Shown: piece by piece, positions 11,893-24,364 of the stretch | How positions within the stretch are numbered: position 1 is the first letter of the stretch | Layout: every line of letters begins with the position of its first letter | From: Cystobasidiomycetes sp. EMM_F5 | Lineage: Eukaryota | Direction of reading: 5' to 3' | DNA: 64,000 bases | Assembly (NCBI GenBank): GCA_051047955.1 | Contig: JBPGPT010000012.1 | Location: 310,001-374,000 of the forward strand | The notes under the pieces: generated by a model | The model's database searches: none | Told to the model about the DNA's origin: nothing | Seen by the model: only the letters and a program-made list of their open reading frames with translations | Position numbers and translations under genes: made by a program

Positions 11893-14800
11893 CTATTTCT
11901 TGAATGCTCGATAAGTTAAATAGCCGCCGAAGAGAGCGAAGGCAAGCAGGCAGCCAACAATGCCAAAGAACCCTACCATGACTCCCAGTCAGTCGCCATG
12001 CATGAGCGGGAATCCAATCAAGTACTCACAATTTAGATTGTCCACGTCTTGCCCAGGAACATTTACATTCATACCCCACAGACCCTGTTTGCGCAACTGT
12101 TAGCGGGATATACGGTGATGTGCGTGCACACTTACAGTAATTAAATTCATTGGAATCAAGACCGTACCCAGAGCCGTAAGTTTGGAAAGAACATCGTTGA
12201 TTTGGTTGTTAGCGTCTGTCATTTCGATAGAAATCTGGGCGAGGTAATTCGAATGCGAACGAGACAGAATCTTTTCGTAATGATTTAGATTTTGCGTCAT
12301 GGTAATCAGATGGTCCTGAGGAAACACATCAGCCAGGCCAGCCGCAGAATTCGTCTATATAGACCAACCTGAATGTCTGACAAATACAAGCCAATGTCGG
12401 ATTTCGGTGCGACAGACCAGTTCTCGTTGCATCGCTTGGCCAAGCCCTTGACGACATCTGCTTTGTTGCCCATCAATCGCAAGAGACCCATGACCTTCTT
12501 ACGGCATGTGCCAATTCTCCGCAACATGTCACTTTGCTCGGCATCCTTCAAGATCAACACCAGCTCGTCAATACTGTCGACCTCGTATTCGATGTTCTGG
12601 ATTAATGGACCGAAAGCATCGGTGATGTCGTCGATGAGAGCATACGAAATCCAATCTGATGTCACATTGATGAAATCCTTGAGTTGCTTGATGCGCCTCC
12701 GCACGTTCTGCGGATGCGGAGTGCCACGAAAGTGGAATGACAGTGTGCCTTCGCGGAATACGATGATATACATATTAAGTGGCTCGAGATGAGTTGGACT
12801 ATAGGGATCTTGGTCGAAGGAGCGGAAGCAGACCAGGTAGTAGTTCCTGAACAACTCGATCTTTTCGCGGGTTTCCTCCATGAGGATATCCTCGATAGTG
12901 AGGGGATGGATGCCGAATACCTTTGCAAGGACTTTCATCTCCGCGTCGGTAGGACTGAGGATATCGAGCCACCAAGTATTGGCTTCAGCATCTTCATTTG
13001 ATCTAATAACGCTTGTGCGGGGCTTCTCCGCTTGGCTGGCAAACCGGGCCATGTTACTGATGCCACCGGCACTTCTGCTTTGCGGCACGGCGCCTCCCAA
13101 CTGGGAATTGTCTGGGGTATTCTTACCCGAACTGCTTGCGCCCGGCGGTCTTGCCGGTAAGAATGCATCATTTGCATGACTTTCGTTTGGAATCACGCTA
13201 GCTTCCCATTCTTCCGGAGGATTGCGGGTATGCCTTCCTACAAAAAGCTCTTCGAAAGTCTGTCCATCGCCTGGTATTTCAGCCAGACTACGTGCGTGTA
13301 TTGTTGTCGGCAAAGCGTTGGAGTAGAAGGAAAAGCGATAAGGTCGGGCCTTTTCGCTAGAATGATACCCGGAGCGTTGCGCTGACTGACCGATAGCTCC
13401 AAAGCCGCTCCCGCCCTTGGCAGCGTCGCTCAAAAGAGGCGTTTTCACATGCGCGGGAGAAGTGATGGACTTTGACTCTTCACCTGCGCTCGTCGTGCCG
13501 CCTTCAAACAGCGCAAGCTTTCGCTGATATCTTCCAACGCCATGACCAACGCTCTCGCTCAACTTGCGCTGCTTGCGCAGGGGAACCTCGCCATTCATTC
13601 GTCTGCGCATCATGCCACCCTCTTGTTCTGGGCTGAAGCTGATGAGCCTAGAATCTGCCGAAGCACCTTGCGCCGTCGTGCCATCATTGACTCCCCTCTT
13701 GGATCTGGGAATGGGTATCCCGTTCTTCTCGCGCTCCTCGTCGCAATATTCCTCGAGAGCTCCAAAGTCAAAGGGAAAAGGAAAATTGGGGAGAACCCCT
13801 GGGATGCCCATACCGTGATGCTTTTCCCGATAAGAATCGGCGACATCGTGCCTTTCTTCGCGAGAAGGACTGCGACGACCGCCACGGGCGCCGCCTTCGC
13901 GTTCTTCCATGTCAGCCTCGCGCATCTCAAGCATGGGGAAGCATACGTCCTCTTCTACCTTGCCAACGTCGGACGGGCGTCGAGACAACGAAGGAGTGAA
14001 GGTATCACCATCATCTGCCTCGCCTAAGCCGAGCTTGAGGTTGCGACCGCCATACTGAGAGTGTGTAGATCTCCCTGATTGATGTCGTTGTAGATAGCTT
14101 CTTGGACGATGGCGCTCCCCATCGCTTCGATGATCTAGCACGCCAGGCTCGTCCTCCGTTCCATTGTGCGGATAGGAAGAGCTGTGTACGGCGTCCAAGT
14201 CAAGCTGATCAGAACGACTTCGATCGCCCGATGTCGACGCTCTAGTGTTGTTTCGCGGGCGAGAAGGCTTCTTACGGTTACTGGGTGAGCGAGACTCCAG
14301 ATCATCAGACCCTGCGGAGTCGCTCTGACCGGGCTCGTCCTCGAAATCATCCTGTAGATGTGTCGTACGATCTTCAGACTGCATCTCTGAGCGTAATCTG
14401 CTTGATTTGTTTCGGGCAGCAGTTCTGACGACGTCTCGTGGACTCAGATGACTGCGCGATGGCTGGTCTTCCCGCGCTCGCCTGAAGGGCACTGGCATGG
14501 AAGCCTGCGAGCGTCGGTGGTCGATGAAGCCCGGCGACGAATCGACAGAAGTATCTGAAAGCGTTCGTCTACGGTTCTGACGATAGAATCTAGCCGCGGC
14601 GTTATTTGAAGACGGTGGTGTACGATGCGCAGCGGGAGCTACACGCTCCCGATTGTCAGGAGGGGAGGAGCTTTGGAAGAAATGGGCATCCTGTTCGAGC
14701 TGCAGGTCGTGCATCATCAGTATCCCACTCAATATTCGTACGAACATGTTTGGTCCCAGGCCAGCTTTGGGTTTTTCCAGCCCTCACCTGATTTGCGTCA

Positions 14801-14988
14801 CCTTCAGCGCTCCCGTTGCCTCCGCTTCTGCTTCTAGCTCGCCCCGACATCATCTCGGCTCCTCTCGACATGCTCGTAGCCAGATGCAGGTCGACTTCCT
14901 GCTGGTGCGCCCGCTCAGTCTGCTCGTGCTCATCTTGCGGTGGGACCGGCGAGCTAGAGCTCGACGAGATTGGGCGAGCTCCTGGCAT
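11893..14988 (-). CDS. MNR2: CorA-family Mg2+ transporter, Mnr2/Alr1 group (closer to Mnr2) with long disordered N-terminus
   Basis: FGIHPLTIEDI, SDWISYALIDDITD, YEKILSRSHSNYLAQ, and the GMN signature in GLWGMNVNVPGQ between two TM helices. Confidence 0.88.
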
Positions 14989-15224
14989 GCTGGTGTCGCA
15001 TGTGCTGGTGTTGCAGCAGTTGTCTGGCTGGCTGGGTCGGGATCTAAAGCCGTGCGCAAATTGGACGGAGCGTAATCGACCCAGGTAGACGTGCAAAGAC
15101 TAGTCCAAGGATTGGCTACAGAAGGCTTGTAAGGCTAGACAACAACATGCGTGGAATACTGTATAACCTACTGTCACGGTGGATCGGCTACTCAACTACT
15201 GATGCAGAATCCTACTAATATAAT

Positions 15225-18200
15225 TTACACGATCTCCCCGTCTGTCGGCGAAACTAGCGATGAAGGTAGAGAAGAACCCGCCATGAGAGGGAAGGCCTCC
15301 GAGTGGTCAACGGAGAAGCCCCGTTGAAGAGTAGGCTTTCTCGCGCGGATTGCTGTAGGCAGAATTCCATCCACAGCCCGCCAGACTCTGGTAAGACCGG
15401 GCACTGTTGAGCTCGAAGGCGAAGTCGGGCGTATGCTACCAGCCTTGAGTAGTAGAGGTGGTCTGACCCAACGCTTCAGCAAAAGGCTGCTGCTGACCAC
15501 GCTCACACTGCTCATGGCCATAGCTGCGCCTGCCAACATCGGGTGCAGGTGGATTCCCCAAGGGAGCAGAAAGCCCATGGCGAGCGGTATGCCAATGAGG
15601 TTGTAGATGGATGCCCAGACAAAGTTTGACTTGATCTTTCTGAAAATTGTACGGGAGAGATGCAGAGATGCTGCAACATCTAGTAGATCGGATCGCATCA
15701 AAACAATATCAGCGGCTTCGATGGCGATGTCGGTCCCGCTGCATAAAGCTATGCCAACATCAGCTGCTGCAAGGGCAGGTGAATCATTGACTCCGTCGCC
15801 AACCTACCGGAAGCAGGTGTCAGCAAACAGCCGTGTATAAGGAGATGCGACAATCTCACCATTGCTACCCGCAGACCTTGGCGCTGCATGCTCTCGATAA
15901 TATCCCGTTTCCCCTCTGGTTTAATGCCCGCAAAGACGTCTTCACCTGGGATGCCCACATCGGCAGCAATAGCTTTGGCAGTCGCCTCCTGATCGCCGGT
16001 AATCACGCAAACCGAAATGCCCATATACCTAAGTGCATCGACCAGCTGGCGAGCCTCAGGTTTAATCGTGTCCGCAAGCGAGATAACGCAAGCGAGGACG
16101 TTGTCTACTGCAACGAAGATGACAGTGCGGCCAAGAAGCTCCTCGCGGGTCTTGTATGCAAGCAGATTGCTTGTAACTACTATGCCATCCTTGGCCATAA
16201 AGTGCTCGTTACCGATACACACGAAATGCTGGGAAGATACGCCTCGTGTAACCTGGCATTTGATGCCAGAGCCAGTAACGCTCTCGAATGCCGATACGTA
16301 GATATCTGGAGGTAGCTCGATGAAGCCTAACGTCTTTCGTGCAAAAGTCCCCGCAGCCTTTGCAAGCGGATGTTCTGACTTGCTTTCCGCTGCGGCGATC
16401 ATGATCAAGATGGCTGCTTGCTCCTCGGACCAATGACTACCACGCCTGACACGATCAATATCGACAGATAGCTTGTCGGTCGGCGAAACAATCGATACAT
16501 CCATGTGCGCCCACCGTAGACCGACAACATCGAGCTGTCCCATGGTAAGGGTGCCTGTCTTGTCGAGGACAACGCGATTGATCTTGTGTGAAGCTTCCAG
16601 AGGCCCTGCGCCCTTGATCAATATGCCATTTTGGGCACCTACGCCTGTTCCAACCATGACTGCAGTTGGTGTACTGAGGCCAAGGGCGCACGGGCATGCG
16701 ACCACGATAACGGAAATACACAGCTTGAGGCATACCATAAATTTGTTACTGCCCTCTTCATGAAAGATATGCGGCAGATTAGCAGTAGTGTGCGCGATGA
16801 CCATCCAAGCGAAGAAGGTAAGTAGGCTGAGAGAGATGACAATTGGTACAAAGTACCCAGCGACGGTGTCTGCCATTGCCTGGATGGGCGCTTTGCTAGT
16901 CTGAGCATCCTCCACGAGCTGTACGATTTGACTGAGTGCGGTGTCCTTGCCTGCACGGGACACTCGCATATCAAAGGTGCCGAGCCCGTTTACCGTACCG
17001 CCCATGACGGAATCACCAATTCTTTTCGCGACGGGCACGACTTCTCCGGTGACCATACTCTCATCTATACTGGAATCGCCCTTAATGACGAACCCATCCG
17101 CCGGAATCTTGTCGCCGGGTACTATTTTGACAAGGTCATTGACCTGCACAAGCTCGGTAGCGATAATCTTTTCGACGGTACAAGTCGGTGGATCCAAGTA
17201 TATCGTCGCCTTTGATGGTGATAGGGACAAAAGCTTGCTTAATGCCTCGGATGTCTTACCCTTGGCCATATTCTCCAAATATCTTCCGAAGGATACAAAC
17301 GTGATGAGCATTGTAGAGGTATCAAAGAATACCTGAGGGTGATAATCCAAGTCGCCCAAGCACGTGCCGGCCAAGATTGCAAAGATGGAGTATGCAAAGG
17401 CGGCGGAGGTACCAAAAACGACCAAGACATCCATAGTGGGTGCGCGATGCTTGAGAGCTTTCGCCGCAGACTTGTAGAACCGTAGACCGACCCCAAATTG
17501 AACTGGTATTGTTAGGCATAGACAAACCAGATCGCCCAGGTATAATCCAGAGACGATGCGCAAGTTGACTATAGGTCTAGTCAGGGATATCATCGGGAAA
17601 ACCATGCTGAGAAAGAAGACCGGGAGAGCCAGTGAGAGCGACCGAATAAAGGCACGGCGCCACTCTTGTATCTCTTTAGTCCTAGCCAGCGATTTCAGCT
17701 GAGTTGAATTGCTCTCTTCTGATGATAGCATCGCATCGAAACCCATATCTTCAATTGCTTCGACGAGGTTTCTGACACCAACGGCGCTAGAATCATACGT
17801 AATCTGGCATCTCCCTGGCACGAGGGAGACAAAAACGGACTGAACGCCTGGAAGGGTTTTGATGCCCTTCTCTACAGCGGAAGTACAGCTTTATATGGCA
17901 GATGTCAGCAAATAGGTGACGGGACTCAAAAAAAGCTGACGGACGACGCGCATGTCATGCCAAAGACCGACAGAGTGACAGTGTCCTGACTACCACGGTT
18001 GGCGAAAGCCGAATCTGACGCAGGCAACGGATTGGCCTCGAATCCGAGATCCTATGGTGCACGCCATTAGCTGAGATGACTGCGATATCCCTTGCTATTC
18101 TCACTTCAATCTCGCTAGCCAGCTTTTCCAATGTCCATAACGAAGGATCGTAGTCAATTGTTGCTTTCTCAGCCCTGTCAGCAACACAAATCAGCAAATA

Positions 18201-18405
18201 CTCGCGGCACGAAATGTCTAAAAGGTCACAAGAGTGCGACGGATACTGTATGTATGCCAGCCAGCTTGCTCAAACCGCCTTCGACCGCTTTAACGCATGC
18301 TTATTGATGGCAAACCCGATCAGTCATCACAGTGTTGACCTGCAGCCATAACAGCTTACCACCGCAGGTCATGCCTTGCACGCTGAGGATCCCGCGCTGC
18401 GACAT
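15225..18405 (-). CDS. CCC2: Cu(I)-transporting P1B-type ATPase
   Basis: HMA motifs GMTCG|AC and GMTCAS|C, TGE actuator, [42 protein letters not shown]. Confidence 0.95.
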
Positions 18406-18782
18406 TGCTGTCGGGGAAGATGGAGTATTTGAATGGCAGCTTGCGACACTGGAGCGGTCCTGCCGCAGGTCGTCCAGGTCGCGCAGAGCAGTGCCGGGAT
18501 GGTGTAAACTCTGGCGGACCAGCACCAGAGCGATGGTAGTGACGGCGTGTTCCGAGAACGCTCGCAGGGTTAAACAGAAGAATGCATAGTGTTGTTGAAG
18601 TCAAGCATTGCGCAGCTGTCAGGTTCCGGAGTGCCCCTTTGTAGCTTTTAGTGGCGTGACATGGCGACAACGTGAAAGACCAGTCGCTTGACTTCATTTT
18701 GACTGTCTACTGTGTGACAACTTTGCACTATGGGACGAAGTACTGAGACTCGTGAAAGCTGCAATGCCCACATTGACTTTCT

Positions 18783-20541
18783 TCAGGCGATTCTGCGCCG
18801 AATCCCAACTATCATTGCGATACTTCCGAGCGAAAGCATCCCGACGCTTGCGAGAATCACCATATCTTTATGCTCTTCGGCGCCCGTGATCAGGCAGACC
18901 GTCACCAGAACATTCAGAGGGACTCTAAACAAAGCCGAGAACTGGCAGGATCTCATCACGTCAGCCTTCAGATATATCGTACTACAGCACAAGCAATGAC
19001 TCACACTCGCTCGAGACTCGTCAGGTATCAGATTACCTCGAAGTGTGCCGAGAATTGGAAAGTACATTCCAACAGTGACCTCAAACAAGCAGAAAGCCCA
19101 GAATCGCGCTGGCAATGTCTGGCTAGAGGCGCTGATCACCAGAGCGGCGGCTGCCATCAAACATGTAATGCTTGCGAGAGTAGCGTGCCGCCGGACCGTA
19201 GACTCTGATGTGGAGCTCGACGTGATCGAGTACACGACTGATCCGCAGCTCATGCAACACATGAAAGCGCTGAAGATGATGCCAAAAGGAAGGTTCTGCC
19301 CCTTGTCACTGACGGCTTGTAGCGCAGGCACCCAAAGAAACACAAACAAATACATTGCCGTCTCATAGAAGGTTTGCGTGATACCAAGAGTCGTGAGGCT
19401 CGTATCTACGGTAAATGCAGGCCTCAGTCATTACGCTTACCATATGACTCGGAGTTACCTTTTAACACAGTGCTGATCGCTGAGGTCAAGCTGTGACTGG
19501 AATTTTGACTATCATCACTCAATAAAGCTCGGGCAGCTTCAGGATCGCCACTTTTCCCAGAGTGACTGCTCGGCGACGTGTCTCCGTAGTTTTCGTTCCA
19601 CGTCGTGCGGATTGCAACGGCAGCTAGCGCAAGGCATGCCGCACTAGCCATGAATGGAGCTTTGACGGATCCAAAATGGTTGACCAGCACATTACTGAAT
19701 ACTCCGGTAACTGCGGCTACGATGCCATTGACAAATGTACACCTTGACAAAATGCTACTCAGTTGATCCTCGGAGAGATTCATAGCGTGAGCCGACGATA
19801 TGAGCCATGCTTCAAAGCACGAAAATAGGATAGACTATGGCAGGCAATGATAGCGTCAGGTGTATACGCCGTTCACACAGCTCGGACAGAACTCACAGTC
19901 GAGACACCGCCCAATATGCGTCCTACAAAGAGTAGGGGTAGATTACGAAATTGAGCCACACAGCATGACGTTCCGTATAATCCGCAGAATATTAGGCACA
20001 TGCGCTTGCGACCGCTGCAGAACATTGGCAGGATAACGTAATGGATCAGGCAATACTTCGGCACTCTATACTTGACACCGAACGCTGCTTACTATCGGTC
20101 AGCCCATTTGCCCACGTAGGGTGCGGAGACTCCGCCTGCAGAGAATCCGAAAACGAAAAGGGCTGCCACTATCCGGTCCGAATACTTGTATGTTGTTGAG
20201 TATAGCGGGTACATGTATGGGCCTGAATGATAGTATCTTGTCACAATATCGTTCATCAGCCAACGTCTCGTGCAACATACCTTGAAGCCAGTCCGCGCCT
20301 ACATATTCATTAGCGTGGATCAGTAAGATGATATTTACGCATACTCACCCATTACAAGTGCGAAGACTACGATATACGCCCTCCATAATGAGCGCGTTGA
20401 TCCGCTTGGCGCTGAAGTTCCTTCGGCATTTGATGTCGCATCGCTCTGCGGCTTCTGCTTCAAATAGGATTGTCCGACGGTCCCGCAGATCGTAATGATT
20501 CCAATGAGCACTAGATTGATGGTAAAGAAGTCCACCATCAT
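18783..20541 (-). CDS. MFS_5 / MFSD5 (molybdate-anion transporter-like, DUF791)
   Basis: Spliced ADWLQ|GPYMYPLY, GRILGGVST|...FEAWL, WNENYG, MYLFVFLWVP, FRVPLN motifs; includes an 18-nt micro-exon. Confidence 0.88.
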
Positions 20542-20824
20542 TTTTGGGCGGTATTGGGAAGATAGCCGGCTGGGGGATCCAGACCGGACGAAGCGATATC
20601 AGGACTCGGCGAGCTGGTCAGCTTGTTAGGAGGGAACGTTGTGTACGATATCAATAGAGCGACCAAGTCATGGCTGATGCGACGCGGTATACCTTAGCTG
20701 CGAAGCCTTGCTTTGGGCTTGCAATGCGGCCGATCGCCCGAGTACAGCCGTCCTGCCATTGCCCGGCCCTGCTTGCCTCTGCCCTCATCATCCGACTCGA
20801 GCAAGTGCACATCTTACTGTCAAC

Positions 20825-23141
20825 ATGGCTAACAATAACTACTCCTACGACGACGAGATTGACCTTTATGGCGACGTTACCGAGGCTGCCTCTCCAGGAA
20901 AGTCTGGCAACGCAGGCGGTTCGAATAACCAAAATGGTGCTGGCGGTCAAGCGGATAGACCCTCGGATGCCTACGACAACAAGCAAGCTATCTCTTCCAT
21001 ACCAACCTTCATCAGCGAGGCCAGAGGCGGAACGGGCATCATACCAATGCGTGACGAATTCTCCCGGCGAAATGACGGATCTGGCCAAAAGAACGATTAC
21101 GGCAACGATCAGCAGCAACAGTGGCAGAACCGACCCATGAATAACGCGCGATCAGCAGACGGTCCCGACGAAGGGCGAGTGTACTTCCTCTACAGATCGT
21201 ATCCCCTTAGTCCCATCCGCGCGGACTTTTCAGCGGTCTTACAGACGAAAGCTTTGATAATTTAACGAATCGTAATAGCTTTAGTTCTCATAGCGCAGCT
21301 AGCTATACTGAGCTAGCTGGTCGGTCTTGGATTCGGCCATACGCATTCTACAGCTCATCTCATAAAGCATAACGATACCGTGTATCGCAGCATTCACACT
21401 ATATCGTCATATTCCCAGACTAGCGAGTCAACTAGGTATATAATAATGCAGTGCTAATACGTTCTCGTCTTGTTTTTTCCTGTGTCTCGTGTCATTCGGT
21501 GCAAACTATCTTGGCTATCTCTACCCCTCTACTGTGCGCTCGCTTACGAAACCGCGCGGCGCTCTGTATGTTTCGCAATTTGTTTACAAACATACAGCAA
21601 GATGTTCATTGGCGGTCTCAATTGGGAAACAACCGAAGGTCAATAGGACGCTCGTGCTTGTGTTTCAGCTGGCGCAGCATACTGAAAATCCGACTGCCTT
21701 CTCCCATGTAGAGTCAATGCAAAAGTATTTTGAGCAATTTGGTGAAGTTGCGGCCTGCACAATCATGAAGGACCCACATAGCGGACGATCACGAGGCTTC
21801 GGATTCCTCACTTTTGCAGATCCGGTTGCTGTAAACACGGTGATGGTGAAAGAACATTTCCTCGATGGCAAAATTGTAAGAAATATTCAGATGCCTTCGT
21901 CAAAGCGGTCTTGACTAACATGTATGCCCGCATAGATCGATCCTAAGCGAGCTATACCCCGACCAGAGATGGGCACTATTCGTAATGACAAACTGTTTGT
22001 ACGACATGTCCCGCAATCTATGGATTACTACAAGTTCAAGGAATATTTCTCGCAATTCGGTACCGTTGTTGACTGCAACTTAATGATGGACCGGGAGACC
22101 GGTGTTCATCGCGGCTTTGGCTTCGTGACCTATGAGGATGCGTCGAGTAGTGCTTCAGCCGTCAACCAGCAGCACGAGTATGATGGTCAATTCGTATGTT
22201 ATCCTCAGTTCCACTATAGCGTCAGCTGACTTTGCCTGTGACGTTCAGCTCGAGGTAAAGCTTGCTACCCAGAAACGCGACCGCGACTCGACATATGTAG
22301 GTGACCGACCGAATTTCGGCCGCAGAAACTATGACCAGGGCGGACGAGGCGGTGGGAACTTTAACAATAACGGAGCATACAATAATGGCCCTAATGACAT
22401 GGGTGGCATGGGCATGGGTAACATGAGTAACATGGGCGGTGGTATGGGAGGAATGGGCGGTATGGGCATGGGAGGTCAAGGCGGCCAGGGTGCTTTCGAT
22501 CCGTATGCCATGGCTCAATTCTTCAAACAGGTATATCATGCCGTAATTTCCTTCAGATGCGACCGTTGACACTGACTGGCCCTGGTTCTGCGCAGATGGG
22601 TTGGGGGAACTTCAATCCAATGATGGCCATGCCCGGTATGATGGGCAACGGTGGTATGGGCATGGGTATGGGTATGGGAGGCATGGGCGGCATGATGGAC
22701 CCGAGCATGATGGGCGTAAGTCTGAAGGGCGCGAAGTCTGAAGCCCATAGCCTGACTAGACGTTTCTTATGTGTACAGATGATGGGGGGCATGAACGGCA
22801 TGGGAGGCATGAACCCTATGGCCGGCATGAGTGGTATGGGAGGCATGGGTAACATGGGCTCTATGAACAACATGGCGGGCATGGCGACAATGGGCAACAT
22901 GGCTGGCGCGCAGTCCCCTCAGAGCGGCTTCGGCGGCGGTAGCGATGTTAAGATCCCTTCCGGCCCAAAGGCACAGTCGAGCGCTTCTTCAAGTACAGCA
23001 CGACAAGCTTCGCCCGCTGATGCTAAACCACCTTCGAATGCGCCAACTGGACCTGCAGCTATGAGAGGGGGCGGAAGTGGCGGAGGAGCTGGACCAGTGC
23101 GGAACAACCGAGGAGGCAACCGCGACCATCCATACCGCTAG
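20825..23141 (+). CDS. HRP1: Two-RRM RNA-binding protein, Hrp1/Nab4-Musashi-hnRNP A/D family, with Gly/Met-rich low-complexity tail
   Basis: DLYGD N-terminal motif, KMFIGGLNWETT, RSRGFGFLTF, IDPKRA, second RRM RGFGFVTY, C-terminal R...HPYR PY-NLS. Confidence 0.85.
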
Positions 23142-23179
23142 TCTACACAACTTATGCTTTGCTCGTCGAATCGAGTAGA

Positions 23180-24140
23180 TTATGATCCATACCTTGCTGC
23201 GGCCATGGCTTTGAACTGCGAAGTGTACCATCAGATTTGTGAATACGTATAACAGCAACTCTGCGTTGCATGACTGACCATGGCCATAGTGCTGTCTTCC
23301 TTTTGCCGCATATTCGAAACTCGCTCATCCATCGCTGCTCGCTTGTCTGCGGTTTTGGCTTGGTATTTTGCGCGCGCCACGTCTCTACGGCGGATTGCCT
23401 CGGCAAAAGACGAAGTGCTGCCTCCCATCAGAGTATCTTCAGAGACTTCCATGTCACCTTGTTCTCGGGTCGCAGCCATTGCGCGATTGCTTTCCCTCAA
23501 CTCCGCTCGCTTCTCTTGGACTCTGTCTCGGCCTGTGGCCTGATTATCGCGTTCCTCTTGCCGAGCCTCTCTCTTGTCACGCTTTGCTGATATGCGCTCC
23601 GCATCCCGTTGTGCTGCCCGATGGTCCAGTTCAGCATCATGCTGGAGTGCTAGATCATCGGCTGTTGGTCGTCTCGGCCCCAACTCCACATCGTCTCGCG
23701 CAGCTGGTACACGCTCGATGCTAGTCACTTTAAAGGCTGAACCAAAGCGCCCGTCGTAGTAGGCGATGTCCAATTTGCCGCGATTCCATCGTTTGACGAA
23801 TTTCTTGAAATATCGCTTTTCATGAGCAGTGTCTAGTTTGGCGATGTCCTTAGGTTTAGACCGGTCATGTTGTAGCCAGTGTGCAAACTCGCTCTTCTTC
23901 GCTCGAGAGTCGTCAACATCTGCCTTGCATACTAATTAGCATGGCATTCGAATAAGGCGGACTTTTAGCGCTGACAGACATGCCTATCTCTTCGACCCTT
24001 GTCGGTCGACCGGAATGCTTGCCTTGGCTGTGCTTATCTGCTTTCGAAGAACGTCGCTCCCGCTTCGACGAATGGTCATGTCTGTCGTTGTCTGAGTCGC
24101 TACTGTCGGAATCCGAGCCCCGGCGACTGCGCTTGCCCAT
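23180..24140 (-). CDS. SCI1-like (style cell-cycle inhibitor 1-like) conserved nuclear protein
   Basis: RS/K-rich N-terminus, then KSEFAHWL...YFKKFVKRWNRGKLDIAYYDG, a charged coiled coil and FKAMAAARYGS*. Confidence 0.65.
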
Positions 24141-24364
24141 GTCTGCGAGCTTAGTATGGCATTACTGGGTGTTGTATGTGCTCATTATGGCCAACGAGCA
24201 CCGTCATTTACGCGTGCGGTCATATTTGGGCGGAAGCGTAATCGACCTAAATCTAACTGCAATCAATCTGTAATGATGGCTTACTGCCACTGTTTCCAAG
24301 TCACACTCGGTTACTGAATCAGCTCAGTTCACGCCGACTTCTGAGCCTGCTTGTGGCATGAAAC

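Noticed and set aside
22395..22905. ATGGGC/GGCATG tandem-like repeats
   Set aside because: They encode the Gly/Met low-complexity domain of the HRP1-like protein, not an independent repeat element.
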